DNA of 64,000 bases, from contig MU058791.1 in assembly GCA_013265495.1 (NCBI GenBank), positions 124,001 through 188,000 on the forward strand. The letters are read 5' to 3'. The position numbers were made by a program, and so were the translations under genes. The notes below the pieces were generated by a model. That model had not been told where the DNA came from, made no database searches, and saw only the letters and a program-made list of their open reading frames with translations. The stretch is from Vicugna vicugna. Its lineage: Eukaryota. Within the stretch, counting starts at the first letter, position 1; each line of letters starts with the position of its first letter. Shown in pieces: positions 40,259 to 52,979 of this stretch.

Positions 40259-40562
40259 TTTTTTTTTAAAATTTTTAAATTAAATTATATTCATTTTACA
40301 ATACTGTTTTAAAAGGTGCTATACAGTATCATCTTGTTTATCTATTCTACAATTTTGAAATCCTGTCTATCCCTTCCCACCCCCCACCCCCTTGACAACC
40401 ACAAGTTTGTAGTCTATGTCTGTGAGTCTGTTTCTGTTTTGTATTTATGTTCTTTTTCAGATTCCACATATGAGCGATCTCATATGGAATTTTTCTTTCT
40501 CTTTCTGGCTTACTTCACTTAGAATGACATTCTCCAGGAGCATCCATGTTGCTGCAAATGGC
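40259..40562 (-). mobile_element. Young L1 3' end with perfect TSD
   Basis: ORF 40457-40705 includes PFAATWMLLENVILSEVSQKEKEKFHM..ICGI. TSD ggacaacacctga at 40246-40258 and 40563-40575. Confidence 0.93.
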
Positions 40563-40654
40563 GGACAACACCTGAGTTTTGAATGTACCGTTATTTTCTG
40601 AGAGGGGCTCCACGCTGGTGTCCGCGGGAAGGTGTGTAGGTGGTTTGAAAAAGC

Positions 40655-40842
40655 ATAGTAATGGCTACGAATGTTGGAATGTCTTCTGGGCCCGGGGTCC
40701 TTCACTGGACATGTGGTGGGTCATTTAATTCCTCAGTAACCCTGTGAATTCAATACCGTTTGACAGTTGAGGAGAACTGACTGGCCCCAGGGCATGTGAC
40801 TCACTAGTCACAGGACAGCAGTTTGAACCCAGATCTGTCTAA
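40655..40842 (-). mobile_element. MIR fragment
   Basis: tcatttaattcctcagtaaccctgtga...tttgacagttgaggagaactga...tttgaacccagatctgtct. Confidence 0.65.
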
Positions 40843-41700
40843 AGAAGCTTCTGGAAGGGTGTGCCCAGCTCACAGCTGTACTGATTGAGGTGATGCAGGC
40901 TTCTCTGGGGTGTGTCCTGGCATGGTCCTGGGGGCTCTGATGGGGAGACTTGAGTGCTTGTTTGTTACAGTGTTTGTCACTGAGCCTCCAGGATGGCCCC
41001 CTGCCACCCTTCTCTTCAGGCCCATCAGAGCCTCGCTCTGGAGCCTGGAGCCGGGACGCTGTCTTGTGCTCAGCCTGCAGGTGAAACGGTGCTACCTGGA
41101 ATTGGTGACCTGGCTCACACTGACCAGAAACCTATGTGTTGAGAGAGAAATGGGCCCAGTCATGATTTTATGGGGCCGAGGATACATTTTGGGATTGCGT
41201 GGCTATTTCCATCCTGGCAAAATGAAGCAAATCATTTTGAAGACATCGAGAGAACCCTGAGATTTTAAATTAGACAATTGGCCAAAAAGAAAAAGAAAAG
41301 ATCTAGAGTGCTCACCTCAGGGTTCTAGCAAGCGAAATGTCGTATTTTATGAAACTTAGAAAAATATGCATCATTTAGAGCATAGGTTCCATTAGCAAAA
41401 GGTCATGGAAGATACAGGCAGAGAGCCAGGAACTCGCCAAGTCTGGTGTGTTTTCTCAAATGCCTAAAAAACGTGTACAGGAGTGTGATTTCTATCCCCA
41501 CCTCTCTCGTGTGAGCTGCCTGGTTCTCAGTGGCAGTTGAGCGACGAAGGGACAGACGTTCTTGAGTCCCAGGTCAGGGCTTTTTTTCCCGCCGAAGGGT
41601 TTTTTTTTTTCATTGATGATACACTGCTCACACTAAAATAATTATTTTTCTTTTCTTATTGCAATGTATTGTGTTTTTCAAAAATTTATTAGATCAGATT

Positions 41701-42062
41701 TTATCATATGATATTGATATGGGGAATCTAAAAAAAATGAGACAAATGAACTTATTTACAGAGCAGCAGTAGACTCAGACATAGAAAAAATTTGTGGTTA
41801 CAGGTTGGGGGAAAGGCGGGGTGGGGAGGGATAAATGAGGAGTTCAGGATTTGCAGATACTAACTACTGTATATAAAACAGATAAACAGCAAGGTCCTTC
41901 TGTACAGCACAGGGAGCTATATTCAATACCTTACAATAACCTCTAATGAAAAAGAATATAAAAAGGAGAATGTGTATGTATAGCTGTGTCGCTATGCTGT
42001 ACACCGGAAATTAATACAACATTGTAAACCGACTATACTTCATACTTCAGTTTTAAAAATTT
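41701..42062 (+). mobile_element. Young L1 3' end
   Basis: gaacttatttaca...gggagggataaat...gcacagggagctatattcaatacc...gctgtacacc. 20-bp TSD with 2 mismatches at 41681-41700 and 42063-42082. Confidence 0.9.
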
Positions 42063-42589
42063 AAAAATTATTAGGTCAGATTTACTTTTTCTCAGGGCTT
42101 GGTAATTACAAAAAATTACTATTCATTGTGCAGTAAAGGCCTCATCATACATAATGTACCTCAGATGGTTTCTTTATATTGTCATTAATTGGAAACCACC
42201 AGGAGATAGCCAATAGGAATACTAAAAATGTTGAAACACCCGCTCTGTTAAGAAAGCCATCTCAGCACAACAGGCCACGGTACTCATTGTTTCTCTTCAG
42301 GAGGTGCTGTGAAATCTGTTTCTCTAATGATTTATATGCAAGATGACCTTTTCCTGCAGTCACAGACAACTTCCTAACATAAGACGCGCTGAACACTGGC
42401 TCTTGTATGGAGTTCACGTCTAGTGGTAGTAGGAGCCAGACTGTTTGGCATTCCAGTTTGAGATTCCGGTTTTGCATGTGGCTAGTTCTGGAGAAAGCAC
42501 CTGGCACGTAGCTGAGCTCACAGACCATTTCATAGCCTCGTTCTTCTGAAGTCTGGAGTGATCTCCGGGGCCCTATACCCCCATCCCTC

Positions 42590-42769
42590 CTGGGTCCGGC
42601 TTCTTGGAGGGGGCGAGCTTCATGGTCTCATGAGGCCCAGAGGGTCCCACGCTTCCTTCAATGAGTTTTTCCCACTGTCTTGAAATTCTTAGTATTTTTT
42701 GAACAAGGACCTCCCCATCCCCACCAATTTCATTTTGCGCTGGGTTCTGCAAATTACATAGCTGGTCTG
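42590..42769 (+). mobile_element. MER45A (hAT-Tip100) DNA transposon
   Basis: c.ggg.ccggcttc...gtcttgaaattctta..tttttgaacaagg...ttcattttgcgctggg..gcaaatta..tagctggtctg. Target duplication atccctc at 42583-42589 and 42770-42776. Confidence 0.82.
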
Positions 42770-43059
42770 ATCCCTCATAATTATAAAACTTTACACTCCT
42801 TTCAGCCTCATATCAAAGGTCTTTTACTGATTGTTTAACAGTTTCTTAGGGTGAGTGGTTAAGAAATTTAGGAAATACTAAAGTTTATTAGATACTTGGA
42901 GAAGTCTTGTATTGTGATACCTTGGGTAATGAACACTACCTGGATATGGGTATACTTTTTTTAGCGTTTAAAAAAAAAATATTCCAGGCACTCCTCTGAC
43001 AAAACTAGAGGTGTTCCTAGAGTGTTGTGCTTGCTGGCTTTCTTGGTGTCAGTGCGGAT

Positions 43060-43300
43060 CTTAGAAGTAGGTCATGGTCTGTGGATCGGGACACAGAATT
43101 CTCTGGGCCTGAGCCCCGTTCATCTCCTCACCAGCCAGGTGTCTACAGGGCTGAGTCTCTATTTACAATTCATAAAATGGGGATAAAAAAATGGCCCGCA
43201 TTAGGTAGGATTGCTGTGAGGTTTCAGTGAGATGACTCATGTCAAGTTTTTATGTGTGTGCATAATGCCTGGTGTACACGAAAAGCTTATTAAATGTGAG
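43060..43300 (+). mobile_element. MIR
   Basis: taaaatggggataa...taggattgctgtgagg...tgcctgg...ttaaatgt. Confidence 0.65.
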
Positions 43301-45498
43301 ATGAGATCACTTTATTTTGCGCCAGTTTTTGCCACCCTGATTCGTGGCCAAATATGGTACCTCTAACTCCCAGTTAGAGATCATTAAAAAAAATGTATCC
43401 TCAAGCAGATGGATCAGTGACAATCTTTTAAGAGAACTTAAAAAAGGGGGTGTCATTTTGAGATGTCATTCCCTGCCTATGAAGGGCAGGGATTGAGAAG
43501 TTTCCTGGTAACTGATAAGTTAGAGTAGCTGGAAATACTATTTGGAGTGTCAGATGGAAAAGGGTAGGGCAGCTGCTCAGTGTACGTACACACACACACA
43601 CACACCCCTCCTGTATTGTAGACCGTGTGGATACAAAATGAAAAAGTCACAGTCCCTTCTCTCCACAAGCAGCGATGGGAAGGGCCCTTTCATGATATTT
43701 TACATGGCCCCTTCAAGCTGGAAAAAGGGAGGCCTTTGCTCCTATGGTTGCTTCTCTGATGTTACAGATCGTGGGCTGTGTCCCTGCAGGGTCTTGGGGC
43801 TCTGGCTGCAAGTAACGCTGGAAGAGGGGTGGATGTGACAACCCGCGAGTGTTTGGCCTGGGTGACTGTAGCAGTGGGTGGGGTGGGGAAGGGGTGCAGA
43901 GGAAGGAGGCAGGTCCGGTTCCAGGCCAGGTGAACCCCTTCCTGCCTCAGGTCTGAATCCTGCCTTGTGATGCGGTTCTGGCTTCCAATTAAGCGGATAA
44001 AGAACTTCAAATACGTGATAGCGGTTTGTAACACTTCGGTTTTGGTCACACTTGTTACCTCTCTTAGATAATAATTGTTCAGTTTGACATCAGATAGGAG
44101 GCCCCCAAAATCCGTCCTTTTTTGAAGCAGATAAGAGATACGTCTCTTCATGCGCTGGTTGTCCTTACAACGTGGATTGATTTTCATTTCGGTGCCCCAA
44201 GATCAACAGTTTTATTTCTAAGAGCATTTCTCAACTAATTTAAGGCTCACATTTTCAGTAGTGGTATACTTGGCTAGTTGGTCATCTCTCCATCTCTTTT
44301 GGGTTAAAATGAATGGTTTGAGGTTCCGACAGAAACAAAAGATATGCTACCTGTGTGAAGTCACTGGTGCATTTTATGAATTTTGCCCATTTTGATTTAG
44401 TTGAAAGCCTTCCTTTTCCCTGGAGACTTAAAGAAATAAAAAGGAGGAGGCCGTGAAAAGGACTGGCTGTGCCTTTAAAACCATTGTAAAGGAAGGTCAG
44501 GTTCGTACCTACGGGGAGCACTAGCAGTGGGCTAGGCACCTTCTGGAGTCACAGAATTCATGCCGCCCCCTTCCCGGTGTGCGCACAGCTTGACTTGGCC
44601 ACATGTGATGAAAATCTGAACCCACCAGAGAGAGATCTCAGGGAGCGTTTCTTAAACTGCAGGTCAGAAGAACCAGGCCAGCATAACTCTCTATTGTGAA
44701 ACGCGTCTCCATGTTCCTCTGGTGACCAGCCCCAGCACAGGGCTGTGTCCTGCCGTCCTCACATGGCTGGGAGCAGATGAGGGACATTTTGGATTTTCAA
44801 GCTTCCCAATTGTTGACTCTGGAGAGGGCCTTGTGAACGTCTTGTTCTTTGATCAGGTTGAGAAAACAGAGATCTGGGGCAGCTGGGGGCCCTCCCCAGG
44901 GCCACATAGCAAATGTGGGAGATTCAGCGCCAACTCCCAGAGCGTTTGTGCACAGGGCTCATTGCATGGTTGCATCAGGATTCTGGATGCTACACTTCTT
45001 TAGGGGACAGAAATGCATGAAACGAATAGAATTGGACTTCAGTCTTCCTTCTACTTGTCCTATTTCTGATTCTTTATTCAAATCTCAGGGAGGCCGAGGA
45101 GTGTTGTAGTCAGGGGCCCTGTCTCTGGCTCTTGTGAGAATTAGGTAAACTAACATGTGTTTCCAAGTTTTCAGCCAGCGCGGGCCTCAGAGTATTTGCT
45201 CAATCAGCCCAGATCTGACTTTCAGGAGCTGCCTGACACTGTGAGCAACTGGGTATTGTTTTCTGTGCCTTGTGACCATGTGGCCTCCAGCCTGGCTGTG
45301 TACCTGAGGGGGTGGCTGTTACTTCAGGGGACCATGTGTAGGAGCAGCACCTACCTACTAAATGATTGTTGGGTTTATTTCTCTGGTTGCCCGATGAATT
45401 TCGGTTGTTGATAAATGATGTTCTGTGGCTGACATTGCTAATTACGAGACAGCCCTGCACACGTGCATTTGTGCGCATGGGCTATTTGCTTCTGGTGG

Positions 45499-46005
45499 TG
45501 TCGCTGAAAATAATCAGTAATCAGCAATAAGATAAGAAAAGAGTTCTCTTTGAGCCAAACTGAGGACTAGCCGGGAAGCCTGCTCCCAGGTAACTCTGAG
45601 AAGCTACTCTGGAGAAGTATGGTTTCCAGCATAGTTTTATGTCTTGTCAGAACACAGAATGTTAAAACAAGTAATTTCTTCAAGATTTCAAAAAAAAAAA
45701 AACAAAAAACCCCCAGAACCAGACCAGCATGGCCAGTATGGCCTTGGCACCTGGGACGGGAATCTTATCATCAAAGGAGGACCAGCATTGGCGTCCCAGG
45801 AAGGAGAGGCATTTAATCTTTATTTTTAACTTGGACATTTACTTCTGGTCAGTGTGCCCTTTTCTTTAGTAGTTAAAGCAGATGTAACCAGGTATGTTTG
45901 ATAGGCCACAAACAGGCTATTTTAGTTAGCATCAAATTCCAGTTAACTCATGTTTAAGCCAGAATGACTTCCCTGTGTCTCCGTATGTGAAAATTTCTTT
46001 GATCA
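45499..46005 (-). mobile_element. Solo LTR (507 bp, ERV1-like, family unassigned)
   Basis: TG...CA termini with 4-bp flanks gtgg/gtag. Minus strand shows agtcctcagtttggctcaaa, an R/U5-like stretch near the left end. Confidence 0.65.
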
Positions 46006-47039
46006 GTAGGCATTTTATACCGGCTTAATTGTTTTGTGTTGTCCTCTGGAAAATTCAGGGCTCAGCACCTGGACCACGGGAGGTGTCCTGGCTATAATTG
46101 TGGAATGAATATAAGTCAGATATCTGGGTTCAGTTCCTCTCCTAATAACTGCTGCCTGGTGGACAGACCTCTTCCCTCCCCCTTCTTCCTTTTTCCTGCT
46201 TGCCAACCTGCTAACTTTTTCGGGACAGGAACTTTTGTCAGGTGACTATGATTTTCACTGCTATGAAAATACAGAGTTTTGAGATTCACGCTCAAGCTGT
46301 CAAAGAAGACAGAGCAGACCTCTCAGAGTTGATTAGAATCACAGCCTGAGTGTTCTGAAGCATGTGTTGTGGCATCCAGGAGCAGCCTGAGTTCCTCTTC
46401 ACAGGGCTGGCCAGTCCTCATTAGCTTGTTAATTGGACAATTTCAGATGTGCCAATTAGCCTGTGTCAGGAGAACACCAAGGAGGGTGGTGGTGGGGAGG
46501 TTGGCCACTGCTGATTAGTTCCCAGAGTGGAGACGTGGCCTTTCAGGGGACTTGGGGATGGAAGATAAGAGTGGAGCTTGCAGCTCACTGGCCCCTTTCC
46601 TATACTGCCCTTTGAAGGACAGCAGGCAAACAATAGTTGCATAAGCTCATATTTGGAATTTATTAATGAAAACCGTGTTTTAGAGTGTGTGCCAAGTCAC
46701 TCACTGTATAGTCAAGTCAGCCCAGTGTCCTGCACCTGCTCTCTCTGCAAGACAGTGTAACAGTAATGCACATAGAATCCTCATGGTGTGAATCTTGTTC
46801 GATTTCGCCAGCTTGTAAACTGCATGTGGATGAAACTGACACGCCTTTTGGTCACTTACATAGGATCTTGCAGGTGAAATGCTTATCAATGAGGTGGAAG
46901 ATGTAATTGTGTGTCTGCCATAATACAGAGACACAAACAGTACTCCCATTGTTGAGAAGGACTTTCAGCCACAAAAGTATGAGAACCAGAAATTACAATG
47001 GACAAGACTGTTCCGTTTCCTGAACAGTTTAGTTAAGAA

Positions 47040-47255
47040 ACACTAATACTACCACTATGTTCCAGGCACTTTATGAATAATATGTCATGTAATCCTCATA
47101 ACCTCCCTGCCAGGCAGAAGTTTTTAACCTTAAAAATTTTTGTTAACAATTGGCACAGAGAGGTTAAGTAATTTGCCCCAGGATGCACAGCTGAGAATGG
47201 AAAGATCTGGAATTTGAGGCTAAGTCTTTTCAAGTCCAGATGTTTTCCCCTGTAC
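47040..47255 (-). mobile_element. MIR
   Basis: ctatgttccaggcacttt...aatcctcataacc...ggcacagagaggttaagtaatttgccc. Confidence 0.75.
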
Positions 47256-47954
47256 CTCTGTGTATGTGTCCCGGCTAACCAAGCTGTTGCTCTAATATAG
47301 TTTGTTTAGGGGTCAAACCAGATAATCCAGGTTTCAGGGCGTAGTCTTTAATCTGAAGTATTTGGTATGACTAAATAATCAAATTAAGTAACTGTCAAAT
47401 CCCTCTTTGTTCTAGGATTTACAGATTTAAATATAATTAGAATAGATCTTTCCAACTTTTTTTTTTAAGCCTTTCGTGGCAGAACTAATTTTGGTGAGCA
47501 GCAGAATGAGAACGCAGGAAACATTCAAGCAGGAAAATTGACACAGAATTTCAGAACATGCTCAGAATAAAGTCTTCCTTTCTGCAGTGAATTGAGCAGC
47601 TGACAACCCAGGGAAACGTCAAATTGACTTTAACTTAATGCTCACTGCTTGGACTTTGTATTAGCAGGTGTTTATTTCACCAGACACAGGTGTTGGATTT
47701 CATTAAATCTGTCCATTTCAAGGCTCTTTGAACTTCAGAAAATTCTTGAGATTTTCTTTAACATGTCACTGTCCCTTTCCTACCTAGTAGAAAATCATAG
47801 AATGTTGAAATTCTGTTAGGGAAATAAATATTGAAGACATTGCACATCAGGAAATGGACATATTTAGGATCTCTTATGAATGGGCAAAGCATCGAAATAA
47901 CCTTTTTATCTTCTCACAACAAATACATTTAAGAATTCTATTCTCGGAGCTAAC

Positions 47955-48655
47955 CTCATACTTCCTGGTGAAAGATGAATGCTTTCCCCTCAGACCACGA
48001 ACAATACGTGGGTCTCTGCTCTTGCACTTCTTTTTTGTTTTGCTTTTGCTTTATAACTTTTTATTTTTTTTAACATTTTTTATTGAATTATAATCATTTT
48101 ACAATGTTGTGTCAAATTCCAGTGTAGAGTACAGTTTTTCAGTTACACATGAACATATATATATATTCATTGTGACCTTTTTTTCTCTGTGAGCTACCAT
48201 AAGATCTTGTATATATTTCCCTGTGCTATATGGTATAATCTTGTTTATCTAGTCTACATTTTGAAATGCTCTTGCACTTCTTTTTAACGTTGTGCTGGAG
48301 GTTCTGGCCAGGATAGTTAGGCAATAAAAAGAAATAAAAAGCATCCACATTGTAAAGGAAGAAGTACAACTGTCTTTATTTGCAGATGACATGATCTCGT
48401 AGAGAGAAAATCCTAAAAAATCTGCTAAAAATCTATGAGAACTAATATATGAGTTCATCAAGGTTGTAGGATGCAAGGTCAATATACAAAATTCAATTGT
48501 ATGTCCGTATTCTGGCAATGAGCCATCTGAAAATGAAATTCCGATTATAATAGCATCAGAAAGAATAGAATAGGAATAAATTTACCAAAGAAGCAGAAGA
48601 CTCAGATGCTGCAAACTATGAAGTGTCGTTGAAAGAAATTAATAAAGAAGCTACA
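47955..48655 (+). mobile_element. Older L1 ORF2 reverse-transcriptase fragment (interrupted)
   Basis: aatgctttcccc..aga..., aacgttgtgctggaggttctggccagg, ctgtctttatttgcagatgacatgatc = LSLFADDMI (RT FADD motif). Confidence 0.85.
48036..48266 (-). mobile_element. Young L1 tail nested antisense in the older L1
   Basis: TSD tgctcttgcacttcttttt at 48017-48035 and 48267-48285; L1 3'UTR motifs in between. Confidence 0.92.
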
Positions 48656-48659
48656 TAGA

Positions 48660-49015
48660 AGTTGGAAACAACTTATTTAATAGTACACAATTTATAAAAT
48701 AAACTGCAGCACATTAATAGAATGCAACACACTGCAAATTTTAACTCGTGGTGCAGAACATCATTTAAGGGCATAGATAAACGATATACTATTTAATGTG
48801 AAAAATAAGTTATCAAATAACATCCCCAGTTTTGTGGAGCAGCGTTTGTAATTATACGCATAGGTAGCGAGCCAGAAGTAGCTACATCAATTACAGTGAG
48901 AGTAGTCATCTCCGGGTGTGGAAATGATAGATAAATTTAATTTTCTCCTTCTTGCCTTGCTGTATTTCATACATTTTCTATACTAATCAGATTATTAGTT
49001 ATCAGAAAAATAAAT
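48660..49015 (+). mobile_element. Ancient L1ME-type 3' end
   Basis: gttggaaacaac...aaataaactgc...gtagtcatctccgggtg...tttaattttctcctt. Confidence 0.5.
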
Positions 49016-49350
49016 TTTATGTACAATTTGCGTGTAATAGGATTAATACTTTAATAAAATAAGAAGGCAACAGGAAGATAACCTTACCTTCACATACTTT
49101 ATTTTACTGTTACTACCATTCTCAGGATAATAATGTTCTTCTGTTGTTTTGATGTACACAAACTGTAGACATACTATATATTAGTTAACTTTCATTGAGA
49201 GCTTGAAAAAAACTATATATAGACATTATAAGCTCTTACTAAAAGTTACACACATGTATCCTACAGTGTCAAAATAATTGCTCAGTAATTGCCAGCTGTA
49301 TCTGTTGGAATGTAAGTTCTGAAGTATTTTATTTATTAAAAAAAATTGGT

Positions 49351-49480
49351 GGGGGAGGGTACAGCTCAGTGGTAGAGTGTGTGCTTAGCATACACAAGGT
49401 CCTGGATTCAATCCCCAATACCTCCTCCAAAAACAAGTAAGTAAGCGTAACTACCTCCCCACCAAAAAAGATACTCTTTA
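49351..49480 (+). mobile_element. Vic-1-like SINE, long form
   Basis: GGGGGAGGGTACAGCTCAGTGGTAGAGTGTGTGCTTAGCAT...GGATTCAATCCCC; TSD aaaaaaaattgg on both sides. Confidence 0.88.
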
Positions 49481-51360
49481 AAAAAAAATTGGGCCCTAAA
49501 ACCATCTCTTTCAAACCTGCCTCCCCTCACCTCCCATAGCAAGATGCTTTCATGAGTGAGGCAATAGGACCTCTTGTGGAAGAGAAGAAACCTCAGATAT
49601 TTCTTTTTCTGTTTCTCCCCAGAGCTTCTCTCTTCCTCTGGGCACCTGCCACTTAGCATCTTGCAGGGGCCAGTGCTCTGTGTGGCCGGAGGCAATTCCC
49701 GGAGCAGTGGTTCTCTGGTGATGTCCGCTCTGCAGTGATGTCTGTCTCCCATGGCTTCTTTACTGATATTCTGGGAGACTGTTTTGGGGCACTGGGTTGT
49801 TTTTCCCTCTGCTTTGCGAGGAGACTTCTAAGCGCTCCTGGTGACTGTAGACTGTTACCTGCGTCAGCCTGGAAACTTACAGGCTTTCTCACGTTCCGCT
49901 TTTCCCCCAGACTCCACCTTCTAGATCCTTTGCCTGCAAATAAATGGTGTCAGTAAAACTGGGTAAGAGCAGAGAAGAAAGCCCTGGGATATTCTGGTGT
50001 GCCTTCTTTCCCCAGAAAACATCTTTGGCAGCCTCCGTGTTTGTGCCTCTGCTGTGTGCTGTTCAGAGGCAGAAGGACGGATCCCCTAATTGCAGAGGTT
50101 AAAAGCAAAAGCTAGAACTCATCTCATCTAATGCACCTCTTGAATTAATACACTGAAAAGTGCACCGTTGCAAGGCTTCTGAGGGCCCGTTAGCGGCCCT
50201 GGGATTGCCTGGGGCCAGAGGTTCCATTTTTCAGAGAAGCTGTACCAGCATGAAGGTTTGCTCTGAAAAGAAGGACCTCACACCTGTGGAAGTCACATGC
50301 TCTGGCCTGAATGGAGTGTGTTACCACGCTCCCCGGGCTCCTGAAAGCTGTTGTTGGAAATTCTGCGTTGTGAGCCTGGATAAAGGTGAGACTTGTGATG
50401 CCAATTACAAAGGACATTTCCATTATATCTGCAAGAGTTACATGCCAGGGAGACAGCGACTGCATTTCACGGAAGGGGCTTCCGGTCTGTGTGGTTTCCT
50501 TCTGCAGGATCTGGCCGAGGAGGCACCATCATCTGGCTGGAGAAGGGGCTCTTTATTCCCCTTTATTGCCCATTGCATCAGCTCCCGAGTTAAGGGTTGT
50601 GTTGCCTAGTGTGTGGTCCCGAAGTGAGCTGAGGGTTTGGGTGGAAGGTGGGCTGTTGCTTGTGTGTTTCATGTGTCTTTCCTGCCCTGTTAGCCTTGAG
50701 CGTGTGCTTAGACCTCCAGCTACATTGTGCCTGCTGCTCTAGGGACAGGCTCTTTAGGATACAGATGCTGACCAGGAGAGCGAGACTCGGCTTTGCCCGG
50801 TGCCGCCAAGCCGCCGAGTGGCTTCATCCTGGCCCGAGTGGGAACATGACCTAGTTATTGTGCCTCCCAGCGCGTTGGCACAATAACCAGACCTTCCTTC
50901 CTCCTCTCCTCGCAGCAAGAATAATTCTGCTGAGCCTCTTGGAGGCTGGAGGGCCAGTTTTAGTAACGTGCCCTTTCCTAGTTGGCTCCTATCCAGTTAT
51001 TTCGGGTGAGTGTTAATGGCTGTGAGTTTGAAATTTTCGTTTATAAGGAAACTGTCTTTCTTGACCTGGTGTCCTTGTCAACTGTTATTCTGTCCAGAGC
51101 CCTTTCCTTTTTGGGGAAGAGGCTGAGAATAAAGTGGTCACAAAATCTATGGCTTTGAACTGTCACCTGTGGTCTTCTTTTTTTCAATGCCTCCCATATG
51201 GATTTGAGACAAGGGAAGAGGGTGAATTCTGCATCTGTACTGGTAGTAAGTCTCCCAGAGCCCCAGCGAGGAGGCCGCTTTTCTGGTAGGTGATTTCTTG
51301 TTTGTTTGTTTGAGATTTGAGTAGATTTTTATTTCTGAGGTCCATATGTATATATATATA

Positions 51361-51990
51361 TTTTTTTTTTTAAATTGAAGTATATTCAGTGTACAGTGCA
51401 TCAGTTATTTCTGGTGTGCAGCATAATATTTCAGTCATACATACATTTGTTCATTTTCATTATAGGTTACTACAAGATATTGAATATAGTTCCCTGTGCT
51501 AGACAGAAAAAACTTACTGTTTATCTAACTTACATGTAGTAGTTAATATTCACAAATCTTGAACTCCCAGTTTATCCCTTCGCACCCTCTTTCCTCCTGG
51601 TAACCGTAATATTGTTTACTATGTCTGTGAGTCTGTTTCTGTTTTGTAAATGAGTTCATTAGTGTCTTCTTTTTCCCTTTTTTAGATTCCATATATGAGT
51701 GATGTCATATGTTATTTTTCTTTCTCTTTCTGTTCTACTTCACTTAGAATGATGATCTCAGGGTCCATCCATGTTTCTGCAAATGGCATTATTTTATTCT
51801 TTTTTATGGCTGAGTAGTATTCCATTGTAGAAATATACCACAACTTCTTTATCCAGTCATCTGTCGTTGGACATTTACGTTGCTTTCATGTCTTGGCTGT
51901 TGTATATAGTGCACCTATGAACATTGGGGTGCATGTATCTTTTCAAATTAGAGTTCCCTCTGGATATATGCCCAGGAGTGGGATTCTTGG
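51361..51990 (-). mobile_element. Young L1 3' end (~630 bp) with probable 3' transduction
   Basis: T-run at 51361, then L1 3'UTR and ORF2 end through ggatatatgcccaggagtgggatt. Confidence 0.93.
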
Positions 51991-52579
51991 AGGTGATTTT
52001 AACACTAGACATGGGAGGCACCCCCTGCAGGTGACTTTAAGTTCAGGAGGTGCTTGGTCATCCTGGATGGGATTTCATTTTGAGTCACAGGGGTAACCAG
52101 TAGATTGCTCTGGCTTCTTTAGAGGAGTGAATACATCATGTTTATATTCTACAGGACCTTTCATAAAACACTTGCCGCCCATGGCCTGTCCATTTTCAAA
52201 GCCAATGCAGAATTTTTATAGTCATCCTGTTAATGATTTGCACCAAGGGGCTGAAGAACTATAAAGTGATTTTGTTTTACTCCCCAGTGAAAGAGACTTC
52301 TCCGATGAGTAGAACTCTAGATCTACAAGGGACTTTGCACATATATGGCTTATCCACATGTTTTATAAAGGAAAAAAAAAAAACCTGGCACAGAAAAGCT
52401 AAGTATGTTGTTCAGCATCACACAGCGAGCCAGGGACAGAACAGGGCCCAGTGTGCAAGAGCAAAACCCAGGTCAGAGGGCAGGGCCAGTGCTTCTGAAG
52501 ACCCCTGTGTTTCCCATCTCTTGGTCCCCTGACGTGCATGTGAAGTGAGGGCAGGAGCATCTCGTCCAGTGTGTGAGTG

Positions 52580-52662
52580 ACGCAGGAGGAAACGGAAGCC
52601 CAGAGGGGTCCAGGGACTTGCCCAAGGTCACACAGCTACCGAGCTGCTTATCCTGGTCTGAA
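52580..52662 (-). mobile_element. MIR fragment
   Basis: gaggaaacggaagcccagagggg...gacttgcccaaggtcacacagcta. Confidence 0.7.
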
Positions 52663-52780
52663 ATGTGGGTCCAGCTGTGCCCATGGGGCGGTCCTTCTGG
52701 CTGGTAGATTCAGAAGGTCAGTGTACTTGGCTGTGGAATGCTGTCTTAGGTAATGTTGACTTTAGGAATCAAGTCGATGA

Positions 52781-52979
52781 GGGGGAGGGTATAGCTCAAG
52801 TGGTAGAGCACATGCTTAACATTCAGGAGGTTCTGGGTTCAATCCCCAGTACCTCCTCTAAAAATAAATAAAATAAATAAACCTAATTACCTCTCCCACT
52901 CAAAAAACAAAAACAAAAACTAACAAAGGAAAAAAAACTAAAAAAGAAAAAAATACTAAAACTAAAAAAGAAAAAAAAA
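52781..52979 (+). mobile_element. Vic-1-like SINE with long A-rich tail
   Basis: GGGGGAGGGTATAGCTCAAGTGGTAGAGC...GGGTTCAATCCCCAGTACCTCC, then aacctaattacctc and a ~80-nt A-rich tail. TSD gaatcaagtc(g/a)atg at 52766-52779 and 52980-52993. Confidence 0.92.
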
